From positions 5,651,132 to 5,715,131 of the forward strand of contig MU059537.1 in the NCBI GenBank assembly GCA_013265495.1: 64,000 nt of DNA. The letters run 5' to 3'. A program made the position numbers and the translations under genes. The DNA is from Vicugna vicugna. Taxonomy: Eukaryota. Shown here piece by piece: positions 62,231 through 64,000 of the stretch. The notes under the pieces were generated by a model. The model was not told where the DNA came from, ran no database searches, and was given only the letters and a program-made list of their open reading frames with translations. Numbering within the stretch: position 1 is the stretch's first letter; each line of letters begins with the position of its first letter.

Positions 62231-62650
62231 CTGGAAAAGAGCCATGGCCACAAGTTCCAGAAGTGCGCCCAGGGGCTTACCCCAAGTGTCCTGCAAACAA
62301 CTTTCCCTCTTTACATTCATGGCATTGTTAGCAAGGTCCCTTGTCCACCCCATCCCCGTGTGTCTGCCCTCCCCAACACTGTCCTTACTGTCCACAATCA
62401 TTCATGCTCTTAGCACCCAGATCCCCATCAGCAACCACCTACTTGACCTTCAGTCTGGAAGAAGGTCACTGCTCCCATTGTACAGATGGGACAACCAAAG
62501 GCCAGAGAAACTAAGGGAACTGCCACCAGCTGCCTAAGAGGGGCCTAGAATCCAGCTCCCTTGCACCACCCCCCCCATTGCCAGGCTCTTTCCTCTAAAT
62601 GAAAAGGAGGGGTGTCACTTGGCCTCCCCAGGGCACCCATCTCCCCTCAC

Positions 62651-62767
62651 CAGTCTGGGCATGGCACTGCACCGGCTCCCAACTTCCGAACGTGTCACAC
62701 TGGGGCACATAGGGGCCGGACGGCAGAAGGGTGGATGCTCGTGGGGAGTCACGGTAGAAGTCCAAGG
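62651..62767 (-). CDS. TG: TG exon 12 (117 nt, phase 1-1)
   Basis: ctccag|CCTTGGAC...CAGACTG|gtgagg; (A)LDFYRDSPRASTLLPSGPYVPQCDTFGSWEPVQCHAQT(G). Confidence 0.96.
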
Positions 62768-63029
62768 CTGGAGTCGGGAGACAGAAGCAGGGATGTGAGC
62801 ACCTGACTGGCAAAGCCCACCAATATAGGCGTCCTTTCTATTTAAAACAAACGTTTCCACCCAAAATAGGACAGAGGTTCCTTGAACAGTGGGTAGGCCC
62901 TCACCAGATTGTCCTTTAAAAATAAAAATGTAGGCTGAAGTTTGAAGGAATCATTTTTCCTCCTTTAGTATCTTCCATTTAGACTTGGTTAGGAAAACTG
63001 AAGTGCCTTCAGGCACCTGGGACACCAGG

Positions 63030-63230
63030 GATAGTTGATAACATTTACTGTACATTTACTATGTGCCAGGCCCGACCTAAACACAGGTTCTAATTAACTG
63101 AATCTTCACAACAACCCTCTAAGGGAGATAATATGATCCCACTGAATAGAAGAGAAAATTCAGGCAGCAGTGGATTAAGCCGCTTGCTCAGCTCAGAAGT
63201 GGAGGGACAGGTCAGTGGAGACCACTCCCT
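63030..63230 (-). mobile_element. MIR SINE
   Basis: catttactatgtgccaggc...aatcttcacaacaaccct...gctcagctcagaagtggagg. Confidence 0.85.
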
Positions 63231-64000
63231 TGCCTTCCGTGCCCACCTCTTACAGCTTCGTTCTTTACCCCTTCGAAGCTTTGCTCGTCATGGAATCTCA
63301 TCTGATCTGAATTTTCACCCTCAGCTGAGGAAACAGATGCAGGTGGCCACCTTGCTGGTCAGACTGCTCCCCGTCCTCAGCTCTCGTGTCCCCCTGCCCT
63401 GCCCGCCTTTTCCTCACAGCCGTCTCCACGCTGACATACTAGATTTTGTACTTAGGTTTTAGGTTTGTGTCTTCCATCTAGCACTGAAGTCCTTTGGTGC
63501 AGGGACGTGTGTTCTTTTGTACCTAGAGCAGCGCCTGCCTCCTACTAGGCTCTCAGGACATATTTATTGAGTGGAAGGAACAAAAGAAGAAGAAATGCAT
63601 GCGGACGGCGGGGCGAGGGTTGCGGCCAGTCGGGCTGGCCCCCCGCTCGCCCTCCCCAGTCTGACTTGCCCCCTGCGCCATCCTCTAGGTGGCCATGGAC
63701 CCTTGCAGGCTTTTCTCCAGGTCTCCCTCCAACCTCCTCTCCAGGCTGGCCGGTGGCTGGGGGTTGTGGGGGGGGTACAGCCTAAGCATCCCCCCAGAGG
63801 TCCCCGGGGAGAACGGCAGCATCTGGGGCAGCCCGGCCACACTAGGAGCGGGTCTCCCAACTCGCCCCCTTCCAGAGTCGGGCTTCACGGGTCCCAGAGG
63901 CGAGAGGACAGGACACCAGCCCGCAGTCAGAACCCCTGTGAGGAGACCCGGACCCCTGCAAAGTGGCCTGTGCAGGGGACAGGGCTCAGGAGTCTGAACC

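Larger units (their letters stand above)
4922..62767 (-). other. TG: Thyroglobulin gene, partial (exons 12-35, human numbering); continues beyond both window ends
   Basis: 24 GT-AG exons with consistent phases join into a 3243-nt frame with CWCV/QC type-1 motifs, CPxGxY type-2 repeats and Cys-rich type-3 repeats, recognisable as thyroglobulin. Confidence 0.99.

Noticed and set aside
63564-64000. GC-rich ORFs near the window end as a possible TG exon 11
   Set aside because: No frame resembles exon 11 (recalled GSCEEAKLRVLQF...AIRLAAQS), so that exon must lie beyond 64000.
1-64000. tRNA, rRNA, snRNA genes, processed pseudogenes, CRISPR or prokaryote-like systems
   Set aside because: None was recognisable by eye; the sequence is ordinary mammalian exon-intron DNA. 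A tRNAscan-SE or Infernal run would confirm.

Overview
Mammalian genomic DNA containing the middle of the thyroglobulin gene (TG) on the minus strand. I mapped 24 coding exons by hand, matching human exons 12-35, from 62767 down to 4922. All have GT-AG boundaries and join in one reading frame (3243 nt, 1081 codons). They encode type-1 repeats 8-11, the hinge/flap region with the hormonogenic Asp-Tyr site, the type-2 repeats and most type-3 repeats. Exon numbers and human/bovine comparisons are recalled, not aligned here. Twenty-one exons match the recalled human lengths; exon 12 is 21 nt shorter, exon 20 is 6 nt longer and exon 27 is 3 nt shorter. Introns hold ancient repeats (MIR, L2, MER5, MER20, MER63, Tigger1 derivative, MLT1 LTRs, L1M), microsatellites, one young 99-nt L1 tail with a 15-bp TSD, and a 31-N gap. 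The protein is artiodactyl-like, and the repeat content tentatively suggests a camelid. I found no convincing new biological system. The best leads are modest: the exon 12 deletion, complementary microsatellites flanking exons 21-22, an antisense exon-like segment, an L1 insert beside the exon 15 acceptor, and lost Trp residues and glycosylation sites.
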